Both the position numbers and the translations under genes were made by a program. From Eubacteriales bacterium (GTDB lineage Bacteria; Bacillota; Clostridia; Oscillospirales; CAG-382): a stretch of 64,000 nucleotides of DNA. The notes under the pieces were generated by a model that saw only the letters and a list, made by a program, of their open reading frames with translations, was not told the DNA's origin and ran no database searches. Positions 1 through 8,186 of this stretch are shown here, in pieces; positions within the stretch are counted from its first letter, which is position 1; each line of letters starts with the position of its first letter. Location of the stretch: positions 18,826 through 82,825 of the forward strand of contig JAZSNS010000019.1 in NCBI GenBank assembly GCA_045536535.1. Direction: 5' to 3'.

Positions 1-999
1 CGCTGTTCAAATCCAACGCGCGAAGCCTTTGAAAAATCGCTTGCGTCGCTTGAATGCGGGAAATATGCTTTTGCGTTTTCCTCGGGGTTGGCGGCGGTGA
101 ATTCGGTTTTTTCTCTGCTAAAAAGCGGCGACAGAGTTATAGTTTCCGATGATCTTTATGGCGGTACATATCGCATGATAACGCAAATTTATGAAAAATA
201 CGGGATAGAATTCATATTTGCGGATATGACCGATGCCGAAAACGTTGCCATTGCGCTTCACGGCGGGGCGGAAATGGTTTTTGCCGAAACACCGACGAAC
301 CCGATGATGAAGATCGCGCCGATCGCCGATATCGCATCGCTTTGCCGCGATGCGGGCGCGATTTTTGTTGTTGACAACACCTTTTTAACGCCATATTTCC
401 AAAATCCGATCGCGCTCGGCGCCGACATCGTGCTTCATTCTGCAACGAAATTCATTTCGGGGCATCACGATTGTGTCGCAGGCGCGGTCATCACCGATGA
501 TAAAAAACTCGCCGAAAGACTTCGCATGATCTCAATGACGCTCGGCAACGCGCTCTCCTCGTTCGATTCATGGCTTGCTTTGCGCGGATTGAGAACCTTG
601 CCGATGAGAATGGAAAAGCATCAGGAAAACGCGATTGCGGTCGCGGAATTCCTGAAAACGCTTCCCGAAGTCGATCGGGTGATCTATCCGGGTCTGAAAG
701 AACATTTCGGGCACAGCCTTTGTAAAAAGCAGGCGAAAGGTTTTGGCGGGGTTGTTTCTTTCACGGTTAAAAACGGCGAGAGCATCAAAAAATTGCGCCA
801 AGGCGGAAAGATAATCAAATTTGCCGAAAGTCTGGGAGGGTTCAGAAGCCTCATAACCTATCCGTTAACACAGACACATGCATCGATTCCCGAAGGTATA
901 AGGGAGAAAATCGGGATAACCGACAAACTTTTCCGCCTTTCGTTAGGTCTTGAAAACATAAAAGACATCAAAACCGACCTGATTGGTATGCTCGACTGA
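1..999 (+). CDS. PLP-dependent Cys/Met-metabolism enzyme (cystathionine beta-lyase / gamma-synthase family), 5'-truncated by the window edge
   Basis: Frame 1 is open from base 1 (RCSNPTREAFEKSLASLECGKYAFAFSSGLAAV...) and continuous with listed ORF 88-999. Family motifs seen: DDLYGGT, ETPTNP, DNTF, HSATKFISGH (PLP lysine context). Confidence 0.85.
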   Translation, partial: RCSNPTREAFEKSLASLECGKYAFAFSSGLAAVNSVFSLLKSGDRVIVSDDLYGGTYRMITQIYEKYGIEFIFADMTDAENVAIALHGGAEMVFAETPTNPMMKIAPIADIASLCRDAGAIFVVDNTFLTPYFQNPIALGADIVLHSATKFISGHHDCVAGAVITDDKKLAERLRMISMTLGNALSSFDSWLALRGLRTLPMRMEKHQENAIAVAEFLKTLPEVDRVIYPGLKEHFGHSLCKKQAKGFGGVVSFTVKNGESIKKLRQGGKIIKFAESLGGFRSLITYPLTQTHASIPEGIREKIGITDKLFRLSLGLENIKDIKTDLIGMLD

Positions 1000-1006
1000 C
1001 AAATTC

Positions 1007-1035
1007 TTGACATTGTATGGAAAACGCGGTATAAT
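1007..1035 (+). promoter_or_regulatory. sigma-A-like promoter (TTGACA-17-TATAAT)
   Basis: TTGACA at 1007-1012 and TATAAT at 1030-1035 with a 17-nt spacer, about 30 nt upstream of the 1067 start. Confidence 0.55.
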
Positions 1036-1066
1036 TTATAGGTAATAAAGAAAAAGGAGTATGACC

Positions 1067-1795
1067 ATGAAAAGATTTTCCGCATTTTTACTCGCGTTGA
1101 TCATCGTTTGTCTTGCCGTACCCTTTGCAGGCGTTTCTGCCGCAGAGCAAAAACAACTTTGGGTAACTCATTACAACAGCAGCGCCGTTGAGGGCGCAGG
1201 TGTTATCATGACCGACCCTAACATCAAATTTGAATGGCGCATAAGCGTTGCTTTCTCTCCTGTTGCCGGCGAAGAAAATACTTACAGAGTCGCTAAAATC
1301 GTTGATTATCTTACCACGAACGAGGTCACCACAAAACTTCCCGTTCCGACCGGCGGCTTTGTTTATCAGGTAAATCGCGGCAATAACTATGCCGAGATAA
1401 ACGGCGGTATTGATTATACCAACGACGGTGTCGATTCCATGATCCTCGATATCAATACCTGGGCGGTCGGCGACGTTTTCGTGATCGAAGGTATCGACCT
1501 TCAAACTCAAACCGTTCCGACAAGCACTCCGAACGTGAACTGGTATGAAGATTCCTATGTTTGCACCGCAACCTACAAAGAATTTGTAGAGGGCGAAAAT
1601 GCCGATTCCGAGACCGTCGAAAGCGAAGAACCGACTGACGAGCCCGAAAGTTCGCTCGTTGATGAATCGGAAGACGAAGAAAAAGACAATGACGGTTCGG
1701 TCCTTACCATCGTTCTTTGGTCTGTCGCCGGTGTCGTTATCGTTGCAGTTATCGCGGCGATCGTTATAATTGTTTTGACCAAGAAAAAGAAATAA
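1067..1795 (+). CDS. Secreted, C-terminally membrane-anchored protein (signal peptide, unassigned beta-rich ectodomain, acidic linker, TM, KKKK tail)
   Basis: ORF 1061-1795. AAGGAG lies 7 nt before the second ATG (1067). Signal peptide MKRFSAFLLALIIVCLAVPFAGVSA, D/E-rich linker, TM VLTIVLWSVAGVVIVAVIAAIVIIVL followed by TKKKK. Confidence 0.7.
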   Translation: MKRFSAFLLALIIVCLAVPFAGVSAAEQKQLWVTHYNSSAVEGAGVIMTDPNIKFEWRISVAFSPVAGEENTYRVAKIVDYLTTNEVTTKLPVPTGGFVYQVNRGNNYAEINGGIDYTNDGVDSMILDINTWAVGDVFVIEGIDLQTQTVPTSTPNVNWYEDSYVCTATYKEFVEGENADSETVESEEPTDEPESSLVDESEDEEKDNDGSVLTIVLWSVAGVVIVAVIAAIVIIVLTKKKK

Positions 1796-1807
1796 CGAAT
1801 TGACAAA

Positions 1808-1837
1808 AAGAGGCTGATTTTTCAGCCTCTTTTCTTT
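1808..1837 (+). terminator. Rho-independent terminator
   Basis: 10-bp stem AAGAGGCTGA/TCAGCCTCTT with a TTTT loop, followed by a T-rich tail. Confidence 0.75.
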
Positions 1838-1847
1838 GTTACATTTA

Positions 1848-1877
1848 TTGACAACAAAGGGAGATATGGCTTATAAT
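1848..1877 (+). promoter_or_regulatory. sigma-A-like promoter (TTGACA-18-TATAAT)
   Basis: TTGACA at 1848-1853 and TATAAT at 1872-1877, upstream of the 1909 start. Confidence 0.5.
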
Positions 1878-1908
1878 AAAGAAAGAAACATCAATGGAGG
1901 TAGCTATT

Positions 1909-2502
1909 ATGGACTATATCATTCGCGCCGAAAAAGAGATCGACTTTACCCGTGCGGAAAAAGCGATGATCTCAAATTACAAATGGACCGAGGGCTATGC
2001 GCCCGAAGCGTTTGCGCAACTTATTTATGTTGAGGGCAGAGGCTTCGCGCTTCGCATGACGGCGGTCGAGTCGGATCCTAAAGCGGTTTACACCAAATTT
2101 GACGAACCTGTTTATAAAGACAGTTGCCTCGAATTTTTTGTGAATTTCAATAACGGCGATAAATATATGAACTTCGAGATGAACTCGAACGGCGCATTCC
2201 TTGCCGCAGTTCGTACCGACCGTTACAACAAAACTTCGATCAAGATGCTTGCTCCGCTTCCGAAGGTCAAACCTTTCAAAGAGGATGACCGCTGGGGCGT
2301 TGAAGTCTTTTTCTCGAACGATTTCATCGGCAAGACCTTCGGCAAATTCAGTTTTGCTCGCGGCGAAAGCTTCAAGGGCAACTTCTACAAATGCGGTGAC
2401 GAAACCGAAATTCCCCATTTCGGCATGTGGTCGCCCGTTGACAACGAAACTCCCGATTTCCACCGCCCCGAGTTCTTCGGAACGCTCACCATCGAGGCAT
2501 GA
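1909..2502 (+). CDS. Carbohydrate-binding family 9-like (CBM9/DOMON-like) protein, no signal peptide
   Basis: ORF 1894-2502. GGAGG lies 8 nt before the ATG at 1909. The motif pattern DSCLEFFVNF...YMNFEMNSNGA...W.VE..F recalls CBM9_2-type proteins. Assignment is from memory, not a search. Confidence 0.6.
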   Translation: MDYIIRAEKEIDFTRAEKAMISNYKWTEGYAPEAFAQLIYVEGRGFALRMTAVESDPKAVYTKFDEPVYKDSCLEFFVNFNNGDKYMNFEMNSNGAFLAAVRTDRYNKTSIKMLAPLPKVKPFKEDDRWGVEVFFSNDFIGKTFGKFSFARGESFKGNFYKCGDETEIPHFGMWSPVDNETPDFHRPEFFGTLTIEA

Positions 2503-2522
2503 TTTAAACTAAAACAAAGGAA

Positions 2523-3680
2523 ATGAACAAAATGAAAAAGACGTTAGCTTTCGTGCTTGCACTTTCGGTTCTTTTGGCCTGTTTTCCGTTCGTTGCTTCC
2601 GCCGGGGAAGATCTGCCGGTCATCAGTTGGTTCACCGTTGGAATGACGGTAAAGGATGCAAAATCAATTTCGCCTGCGTTGAAAGGTTTTACGCATAACG
2701 GCAAAACACTTTCGAATGACGATCTGCTTTCAACGGGCGATGTTGCAACCACCGACAACGGCGATTATCAGATCATCGTTTGCGGCGACGTTTGCGGCGA
2801 GGGGAAAGTCAGCGCAAGGGGTTATATCAACATCAAACGCTCGGTTCTCGGCACTCGTGAACTCAGCGAGGTTGAATTCCTTGCCGCAGACCTCAACAAA
2901 GACGGAAAGATAAGCTCGCTTGATTATATCCGCGCAAAGCGCTTGGTTTTGGGCACCTATAAAATGGAAAAACCCGAAAACGCGGAAAATGTGCCTGTTT
3001 TGCTTTATCACCACATTCTTCCCGATGCAGACAGAAACACTTCTCAATGGAGAGGCAACGAAATCACCATCGCGACGAGCGAATTCACCCGTCACATGCA
3101 GATGTTGACCGACGGCGAACATTACGTTGCAACGGTTGAAGAGGTCGTCCAATACGTTCGCGGCGAGATTCTTTTGCCCAAGGGCTCGATCTGCCTGACC
3201 TTTGACGACGGTTATAAGTCCAACACCTATTACGCCGCGCCGATTCTCAGAGACTTCGGTTTCAAGGCAACCGTTTTTGCGATCACAAGTTTTTATGATG
3301 ATGAATACCAGGCTGATTATGATGCGACTTCGCTTCAACATATGACCGAAAGGGACCTTGAATCTGCCGCAGACGTTATCGATCAGCAAAGCCACACCTG
3401 GTATAACCATAACCAGCTTTCGAGCCAAAGTTATAACGAAATCTATAATGATCTGATGCTCTCGCAGAGCGTTGACGAAAATCGGTTCTTTGCTTATCCT
3501 TACGGTATGTATAACTCGACCGTCATCAACGCCGTGCGCGACGCAGGGTTCGAGGCGGCATTCACGACCGAGCGGGACGGCGCAAGACCCGGTGATGCGA
3601 TCTATGAGATTCCGCGTTACACCATCACATCGCCGCTGTCGGACAGCGAATATCTCGCTTATCTTGCAAAAGCAAAATAA
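2523..3680 (+). CDS. Secreted polysaccharide deacetylase (NodB/CE4 domain) with an N-terminal dockerin-like module
   Basis: Signal peptide MNKMKKTLAFVLALSVLLACFPFVASA. Dockerin-like pair GDVCGEGKVSARGYINIKRSVLG and ADLNKDGKISSLDYIRAKRLVLG. NodB motifs LLYHHI and LTFDDGY. Confidence 0.8.
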   Translation: MNKMKKTLAFVLALSVLLACFPFVASAGEDLPVISWFTVGMTVKDAKSISPALKGFTHNGKTLSNDDLLSTGDVATTDNGDYQIIVCGDVCGEGKVSARGYINIKRSVLGTRELSEVEFLAADLNKDGKISSLDYIRAKRLVLGTYKMEKPENAENVPVLLYHHILPDADRNTSQWRGNEITIATSEFTRHMQMLTDGEHYVATVEEVVQYVRGEILLPKGSICLTFDDGYKSNTYYAAPILRDFGFKATVFAITSFYDDEYQADYDATSLQHMTERDLESAADVIDQQSHTWYNHNQLSSQSYNEIYNDLMLSQSVDENRFFAYPYGMYNSTVINAVRDAGFEAAFTTERDGARPGDAIYEIPRYTITSPLSDSEYLAYLAKAK

Positions 3681-3700
3681 GTTTAAAATCAATTTGAAAA

Positions 3701-3727
3701 GACTCCCCGAAAAAGGGGAGTCTTTTC
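3701..3727. terminator. Bidirectional Rho-independent terminator
   Basis: GACTCCCC-GAAAA-GGGGAGTC hairpin with an A-run 5' and TTTT 3'. It lies between convergent genes (2523-3680 on + and 3755-3847 on -). Confidence 0.75.
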
Positions 3728-3754
3728 GATTGCGTTAAAATCGCTTATGTCGGT

Positions 3755-3847
3755 TTAGCCGCAGCAGCAGCACAGGATGACGATCGCGATCAGGATAATG
3801 ATCCAGCAGCAATTGTTGTTGCCGAAGAACGAATCAAAGCAGCCCAT
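3755..3847 (-). CDS. 30-aa Cys-rich hydrophobic micro-protein (tiny-TM / YjcZ-like sporulation peptide type, tentative)
   Basis: Not in the ORF track (under 60 aa). Minus strand reads ATG...TAA = MGCFDSFFGNNNCCWIIILIAIVILCCCCG, with GGGAGG 7 nt upstream of the ATG. Confidence 0.55.
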   Translation of the reverse strand: MGCFDSFFGNNNCCWIIILIAIVILCCCCG

Positions 3848-3992
3848 TGCAAAGCCTCCCTTCACTACTTTAAGAATATGTTATCGGGAGGTTATGTGTT
3901 ACAACGCCGCTAAGAGTTTAAAAAACCCGGGCCGGAATTTGAAAAGCCTGCCGCGCTCGCTGTCAAGCCGGAGGGAAATGCCATAAGGACCG

Positions 3993-4823
3993 TTATTTGT
4001 CACCGAAGATATTTCTTTCGCGGTAGAAAAGATATTGCTGTGCGATGCCTGCATATTCGCCCAAAGAGTTCGGGTTGAAGTTTTCACCGTAGTATTTCGT
4101 GATAACGCGCTTTACCCAAACGTCGATCGGGAAGGCTTCGTAATATCCAAACCCGAACAAAAGCACACAGTTTGCGACCTTGTCACCGACGCCCTTGATT
4201 TTTTTGAGTTCGTTCAGCGCCTCGGCATATCCGCAAACGGCGATTTTTTCAAGCGAAACCTCGCCCGAAACGACCTTTTCGGCGGCGTCGATGATGTATT
4301 TTGCGCGGAAACCGCTTTTTATCGGAGCGAGCCCTTCGATTCCCGCGTTTCTGATACTTTCGGCATCGGGAAATGAATAAAACCCGTTTTCTTCTTTGCC
4401 GAGCAAACGGCAAAGCGATTCGATGATCTTCTTAATGCGCGGTATGTTGTTGTTTTGAGAGATGATGAACGAAATCAATGTTTCCCAAGGATCTTGGCGG
4501 AAAATGCGGATCCCGTTTCCGAGCTTTGCGGCATCGCTTATCTCGGCATCATCGGAATAGCGGTTGATGATCGCGGAATAATCGCGCGAGAGGTCAAAAT
4601 AATCAAAAAAACTGTTTTTGAATTCGACTTCGTCAATATCCGAAAAAAGCCAACCGCCGTCAGCCTTTTTTATGTCGAGCTTTCTGCCTTTGGCAAAAAG
4701 GATATATTCGGTTTCATCAATTTTTGTAAAACGGAAGCATTGACCGCATTCACAGGAAACAAAAGGGTCGAAATTTTCGCAACCGAGCAGCAAAAGTCCG
4801 TTTTTTGTGTTTTGGAATTCCAT
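3993..4823 (-). CDS. ogg: 8-oxoguanine DNA glycosylase / DNA-(apurinic site) lyase (HhH-GPD, Ogg-type)
   Basis: DPWETLISFIISQNNNIPRIKKIIESLC, the helix-hairpin-helix GVGDKVANCVLLFG, and FPIDVW. Confidence 0.8.
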   Translation of the reverse strand: MEFQNTKNGLLLLGCENFDPFVSCECGQCFRFTKIDETEYILFAKGRKLDIKKADGGWLFSDIDEVEFKNSFFDYFDLSRDYSAIINRYSDDAEISDAAKLGNGIRIFRQDPWETLISFIISQNNNIPRIKKIIESLCRLLGKEENGFYSFPDAESIRNAGIEGLAPIKSGFRAKYIIDAAEKVVSGEVSLEKIAVCGYAEALNELKKIKGVGDKVANCVLLFGFGYYEAFPIDVWVKRVITKYYGENFNPNSLGEYAGIAQQYLFYRERNIFGDK

Positions 4824-4895
4824 AATATTTGTGCCTCTTGTAATTTGGCATTGAATGATATATAATAAAAACAGTAAATTTCAGGAGTGATGAAG

Positions 4896-5588
4896 ATGAA
4901 AGAGCATATTTATACAATCCCCGTCACCGAGGCGTTTGCCGAACATAAGGATTGCTGTCCTTTTTGCAAACTTTTTGAGAAATTGGAACGCGACGAACTT
5001 GAAATAATCCTCGGCGCATCAATGATGGAGCCCGATGTGCGAAGCGAAACCAACCGAAACGGCTTTTGCAAACGTCATTTTTCAAAAATGTTTGAGATGA
5101 AGAACCGTTTGGGACTTGCGCTTATGCTCGAAAGCCATCTCGAATCGCTCAAAAAAGAACTTAAAACGGGCAACGTTTTTTCTCGCGACATCGCTCAAAA
5201 GAGCGTCGACCGCATTGAATCGCTGAACGGAAGTTGCTATGTCTGCACCCGTATTGACGATAAGATTTCAAAAATGTTCACAACGGCATCTTATCTTTAC
5301 AAAGAAGAAAAGGATTTTCGCGAATCGTTTTCCGAGGTCAGATATTTCTGCCTTGACCATTATCGCGAATATATGCTCGCGGCAAAAAGGGTTCTCGGCA
5401 AAGAGGATTATGCCGAACTTGTCCGCGCAGCCAACGGAAAAGTGATCGATTATCTCAACAGCCTTAAAGATGACGTTTCGCTTTTCTGCAAAAAGTTTGA
5501 TTACCGCTTTGACGACCTTCCTTGGGGCGAATCCAAGGATTCTGTTGAGCGCTCGATAAAGTTTTTGGTTGGCGACGATTTCAAGTGA
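4896..5588 (+). CDS. Conserved Cys-rich hypothetical protein (possibly DUF6062-type)
   Basis: ORF 4887-5588. AGGAG lies 8 nt before the ATG at 4896 (MKEHIY). Cys motifs: DCCPFC, FCKRH, SCYVC, FCLDH. The family name is from recall only. Confidence 0.65.
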   Translation: MKEHIYTIPVTEAFAEHKDCCPFCKLFEKLERDELEIILGASMMEPDVRSETNRNGFCKRHFSKMFEMKNRLGLALMLESHLESLKKELKTGNVFSRDIAQKSVDRIESLNGSCYVCTRIDDKISKMFTTASYLYKEEKDFRESFSEVRYFCLDHYREYMLAAKRVLGKEDYAELVRAANGKVIDYLNSLKDDVSLFCKKFDYRFDDLPWGESKDSVERSIKFLVGDDFK

Positions 5589-5600
5589 TAAATGATTATC

Positions 5601-5636
5601 AAGGGTTTTCCGATAAAATCGGAAAACCCTTTTTTG
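5601..5636 (+). terminator. Rho-independent terminator
   Basis: AAGGGTTTTCCGAT-AAA-ATCGGAAAACCCTT stem-loop followed by TTTTT. Confidence 0.8.
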
Positions 5637-5811
5637 TTGCACGGATCTGTAATTTGAAACGGTATCGAAAGATAAACACCGCCCGCCCTTTGCGCCGCGT
5701 CATGCAACGCTTCGTTTCGGGAAAATCATCGCCTTTTCTTGCTTAATATACAAAAATTATACACCGCAAGGGTTGACATAATTCGTGGAAGATTTTGCGT
5801 TATTTAAACGG

Positions 5812-5926
5812 GTTTTCCACTTATTCCACCGAGTTTTCCACAACCAAAACCTGGAAAAGGCTTGTTTTTCGGTAATTCGACTTTGAGTTTTCCACTTTCT
5901 CCACCGAGTTTTCCACATTTTCCTCA
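5812..5926 (+). repeat. Cluster of seven same-orientation DnaA-box-like 9-mers, built from a duplicated 31-nt unit
   Basis: TTTTCCACA at 5834 and 5909 fit TTWTNCACA exactly. TTTTCCACT (5813, 5888) and TTTTCCTCA (5918) have 1 mismatch; TATTCCACC (5822) and TTCTCCACC (5897) have 2. The 31-nt unit at 5812-5842 repeats at 5887-5917 with 29/31 identity. Confidence 0.45.
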
Positions 5927-5967
5927 AAACATTATGTAATATTCAAGAATGAATAATCGGTGAAATT

Positions 5968-6978
5968 TCAGACCGATTTTGTTGCAAAAGCGTTGAGATT
6001 TGTGTCTCCCAACACCCCTTTTTTGTATTCAAAATACCCCTGCGAAGCGATCATAGCGGCGTTATCTCCGCAAAGTTTCAAAGGGGGAAGAAAGAGTTTT
6101 GCGCCGAACTTGTCTGCCGTTTTTTCGACCGCTTTTCTCAGATGGGAGTTTGCGGCAACGCCGCCTGCAAGAACAATGTTGCAACCGCCCTCACGCGAGA
6201 GAAGAAGTTCAAGACGCGAGTCAATGGTGCGAATGAGAGTTTCGGTAAAGGACGCCGCAACGTCTGCGCGGAATTCGTCGTCGATAACTCTGCCGCGCTG
6301 GGTCTCGCTGTGAACGAGGTTTATCACCGCCGTTTTAAGTCCCGAGAAAGTAAAATCATATTCAGCGCCGTCAACGCTGCCCGCCGTGAATTTGTATTTA
6401 TGTTTGTCGCCGAGCGAAGCGAGCCTGTCCATAGCCGCGCCGCCGGGATAGGGAAGTCCGAGCACGCGCGCGCATTTGTCAAATGCTTCGCCTGCCGCGT
6501 CGTCACGGGCCTGTCCGATGAGACTGTATTCGGTATAATCGCTGACGCGCATCAGCGAGGTGTGACCGCCCGAAACGACGAGCGAAACAAAAGGCGGTTC
6601 AAGATCGGGGTGTGCAAGATAATTTGCCGCAACGTGACCGCGAATATGATGAACCGGCACGAGCGGTTTTCCGCTTGAAAACGCCAGCCCTTTTGCAAAA
6701 GAAAGACCTGTCAGCAAAGCGCCGATAAGACCGGGAGCGTTCGTGACGGCAATTGCGTCGATATCGTCAAGCGTCACTTCCGCCTGTGCGAGCGCGCTTT
6801 CGACAACACCGCAGATAGCCTCGGTGTGCGCTCTCGATGCGATTTCGGGAACAACACCGCCATAGGCCGCGTGGATATCAATTTGTGATGCGACAACGCT
6901 TGAAAGCAGATTTCTGCCGTCTTCAACGACAGCTGCCGCAGTTTCGTCACATGATGATTCTATGCCAAGTATCTTCAT
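5968..6978 (-). CDS. tsaD: tRNA N6-adenosine threonylcarbamoyltransferase TsaD
   Basis: MKILGIESSCDETAAAVV...GGVVPEIASRAHTE...HHIRGH..., the typical Kae1/TsaD signature. Confidence 0.95.
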   Translation of the reverse strand: MKILGIESSCDETAAAVVEDGRNLLSSVVASQIDIHAAYGGVVPEIASRAHTEAICGVVESALAQAEVTLDDIDAIAVTNAPGLIGALLTGLSFAKGLAFSSGKPLVPVHHIRGHVAANYLAHPDLEPPFVSLVVSGGHTSLMRVSDYTEYSLIGQARDDAAGEAFDKCARVLGLPYPGGAAMDRLASLGDKHKYKFTAGSVDGAEYDFTFSGLKTAVINLVHSETQRGRVIDDEFRADVAASFTETLIRTIDSRLELLLSREGGCNIVLAGGVAANSHLRKAVEKTADKFGAKLFLPPLKLCGDNAAMIASQGYFEYKKGVLGDTNLNAFATKSV

Positions 6979-7067
6979 TTTATTTCTCCGTATTCAGCAA
7001 CAACAAAAAATTTCGATTCATGTGAAGGGCTTGCCCCTTCCGAGTGATTTCGGAACGACTTTTGTGT

Positions 7068-7496
7068 TCAAATCGTTTTATCCATTAAGATCGCGTCGGC
7101 ATCGCCGTAAAAGCCTTTTCGTTTTCCGACCGTGAAAAATCCTAACTTTTCATAAAGCGCAACGGCGGATTTATTGTTTTCGGCAACTTCAAGAGTTACG
7201 GTTTTGCAATTTTTCTCTTTTGCTCTTTCGAGAAGCCGGTTCATAAGCGAATTTGCAATGCCTTTTCGGCGGAATTTTTCGGAAACCGCAACGTTCATGA
7301 TCTGCCCTTCGTCAAGCAGGCAATACATCGAGGCGATCCCGCACATTTCTTCACCATCAAACGCAACGAGATAAACGGCATTCTCGGGGAGTTCGGTTAT
7401 CTGCTTTTCCGTCCATGCGGTTTTAAGGCATTCTCTCTCGATAGCGGCCGCTCTTTCGGCTTCGTCTTTCGCGACATTGCGAACGGTTATACTCAT
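7068..7496 (-). CDS. rimI: Ribosomal-protein-alanine N-acetyltransferase (GNAT, RimI-type)
   Basis: GNAT core NVAVSEKFRRKGIANSLM and synteny directly upstream of tsaD. The start MSITV at 7496 overlaps the upstream stop as TAATG; the listed ORF extends to 7535. Confidence 0.8.
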   Translation of the reverse strand: MSITVRNVAKDEAERAAAIERECLKTAWTEKQITELPENAVYLVAFDGEEMCGIASMYCLLDEGQIMNVAVSEKFRRKGIANSLMNRLLERAKEKNCKTVTLEVAENNKSAVALYEKLGFFTVGKRKGFYGDADAILMDKTI

Positions 7497-8182
7497 TATT
7501 CGCCGACCATCCTGACGGTTATCTCGTTGGGACATACGACCGTTTTGCCCGTCGCGCGGTCGCGGAGATAATATCTTCCGGTGCCGTTGCCGAAGAATAC
7601 GACGAGATAATAAAGACCGGGGTATTTTTTTGAAAGAAGACGGATAAAGAACATATCCTCGGTCGAGATGTTATCAACCGCGACGTCTTCGCCGTTCTCT
7701 ATTGCGGTTGCAATGCTTTGGCAAAGCGCGCTGTCGCGGTCGCCCACAACGCCGTTTTTCTCATCTTCGGGGAGATATTTTTCGTCGGCATAAAAGGTCG
7801 TGACCTTAACTGCGTTGGTTTCGTTATAAACTTCCGCCGCGATGGGTTCAAAGGTATAAAGAGTCGGTTCTTCGATATCCTTGTTGCGGACAAGCAGATA
7901 TTCGCCGCTGTCTTCAATGCAAAGGAACTCGTTGGGGTCTTCAAGTAAAAGCTCGTAATATATCATTTTGCTGCTGCCCGAGCCTACTGTGATATATTCC
8001 TTGATGTATTTCTTGCTCGGCACCGAGGCATAAAGCCCGAAGGGCGCGACGTCAACATATTCTATATCGGTGTTTTTGTCTATAAATCCGTAAAGGGTTT
8101 CTTCGCCGCGCTTTTGAAAGCAGGAAGTGAGCGAAAACAGCATTAAAACGGCAAGTGAAATTGCAAGAATTCTTTTTGTCAT
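7496..8182 (-). CDS. Lipoprotein, function unknown
   Basis: Lipobox signal MTKRILAISLAVLMLFSLTSC. Overlaps the rimI start by 1 nt. Confidence 0.75.
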   Translation of the reverse strand: MTKRILAISLAVLMLFSLTSCFQKRGEETLYGFIDKNTDIEYVDVAPFGLYASVPSKKYIKEYITVGSGSSKMIYYELLLEDPNEFLCIEDSGEYLLVRNKDIEEPTLYTFEPIAAEVYNETNAVKVTTFYADEKYLPEDEKNGVVGDRDSALCQSIATAIENGEDVAVDNISTEDMFFIRLLSKKYPGLYYLVVFFGNGTGRYYLRDRATGKTVVCPNEITVRMVGE

Positions 8183-8186
8183 GAGC

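Noticed and set aside
5640-5967. Possibility that the DnaA-box cluster marks oriC.
   Set aside because: There is no dnaA/dnaN/rpmH context. The flanking genes converge on the spacer rather than showing the origin's strand switch, and I see no obvious AT-rich 13-mer/DUE-type tract next to the boxes. It is kept only as a possible non-origin DnaA-box cluster.
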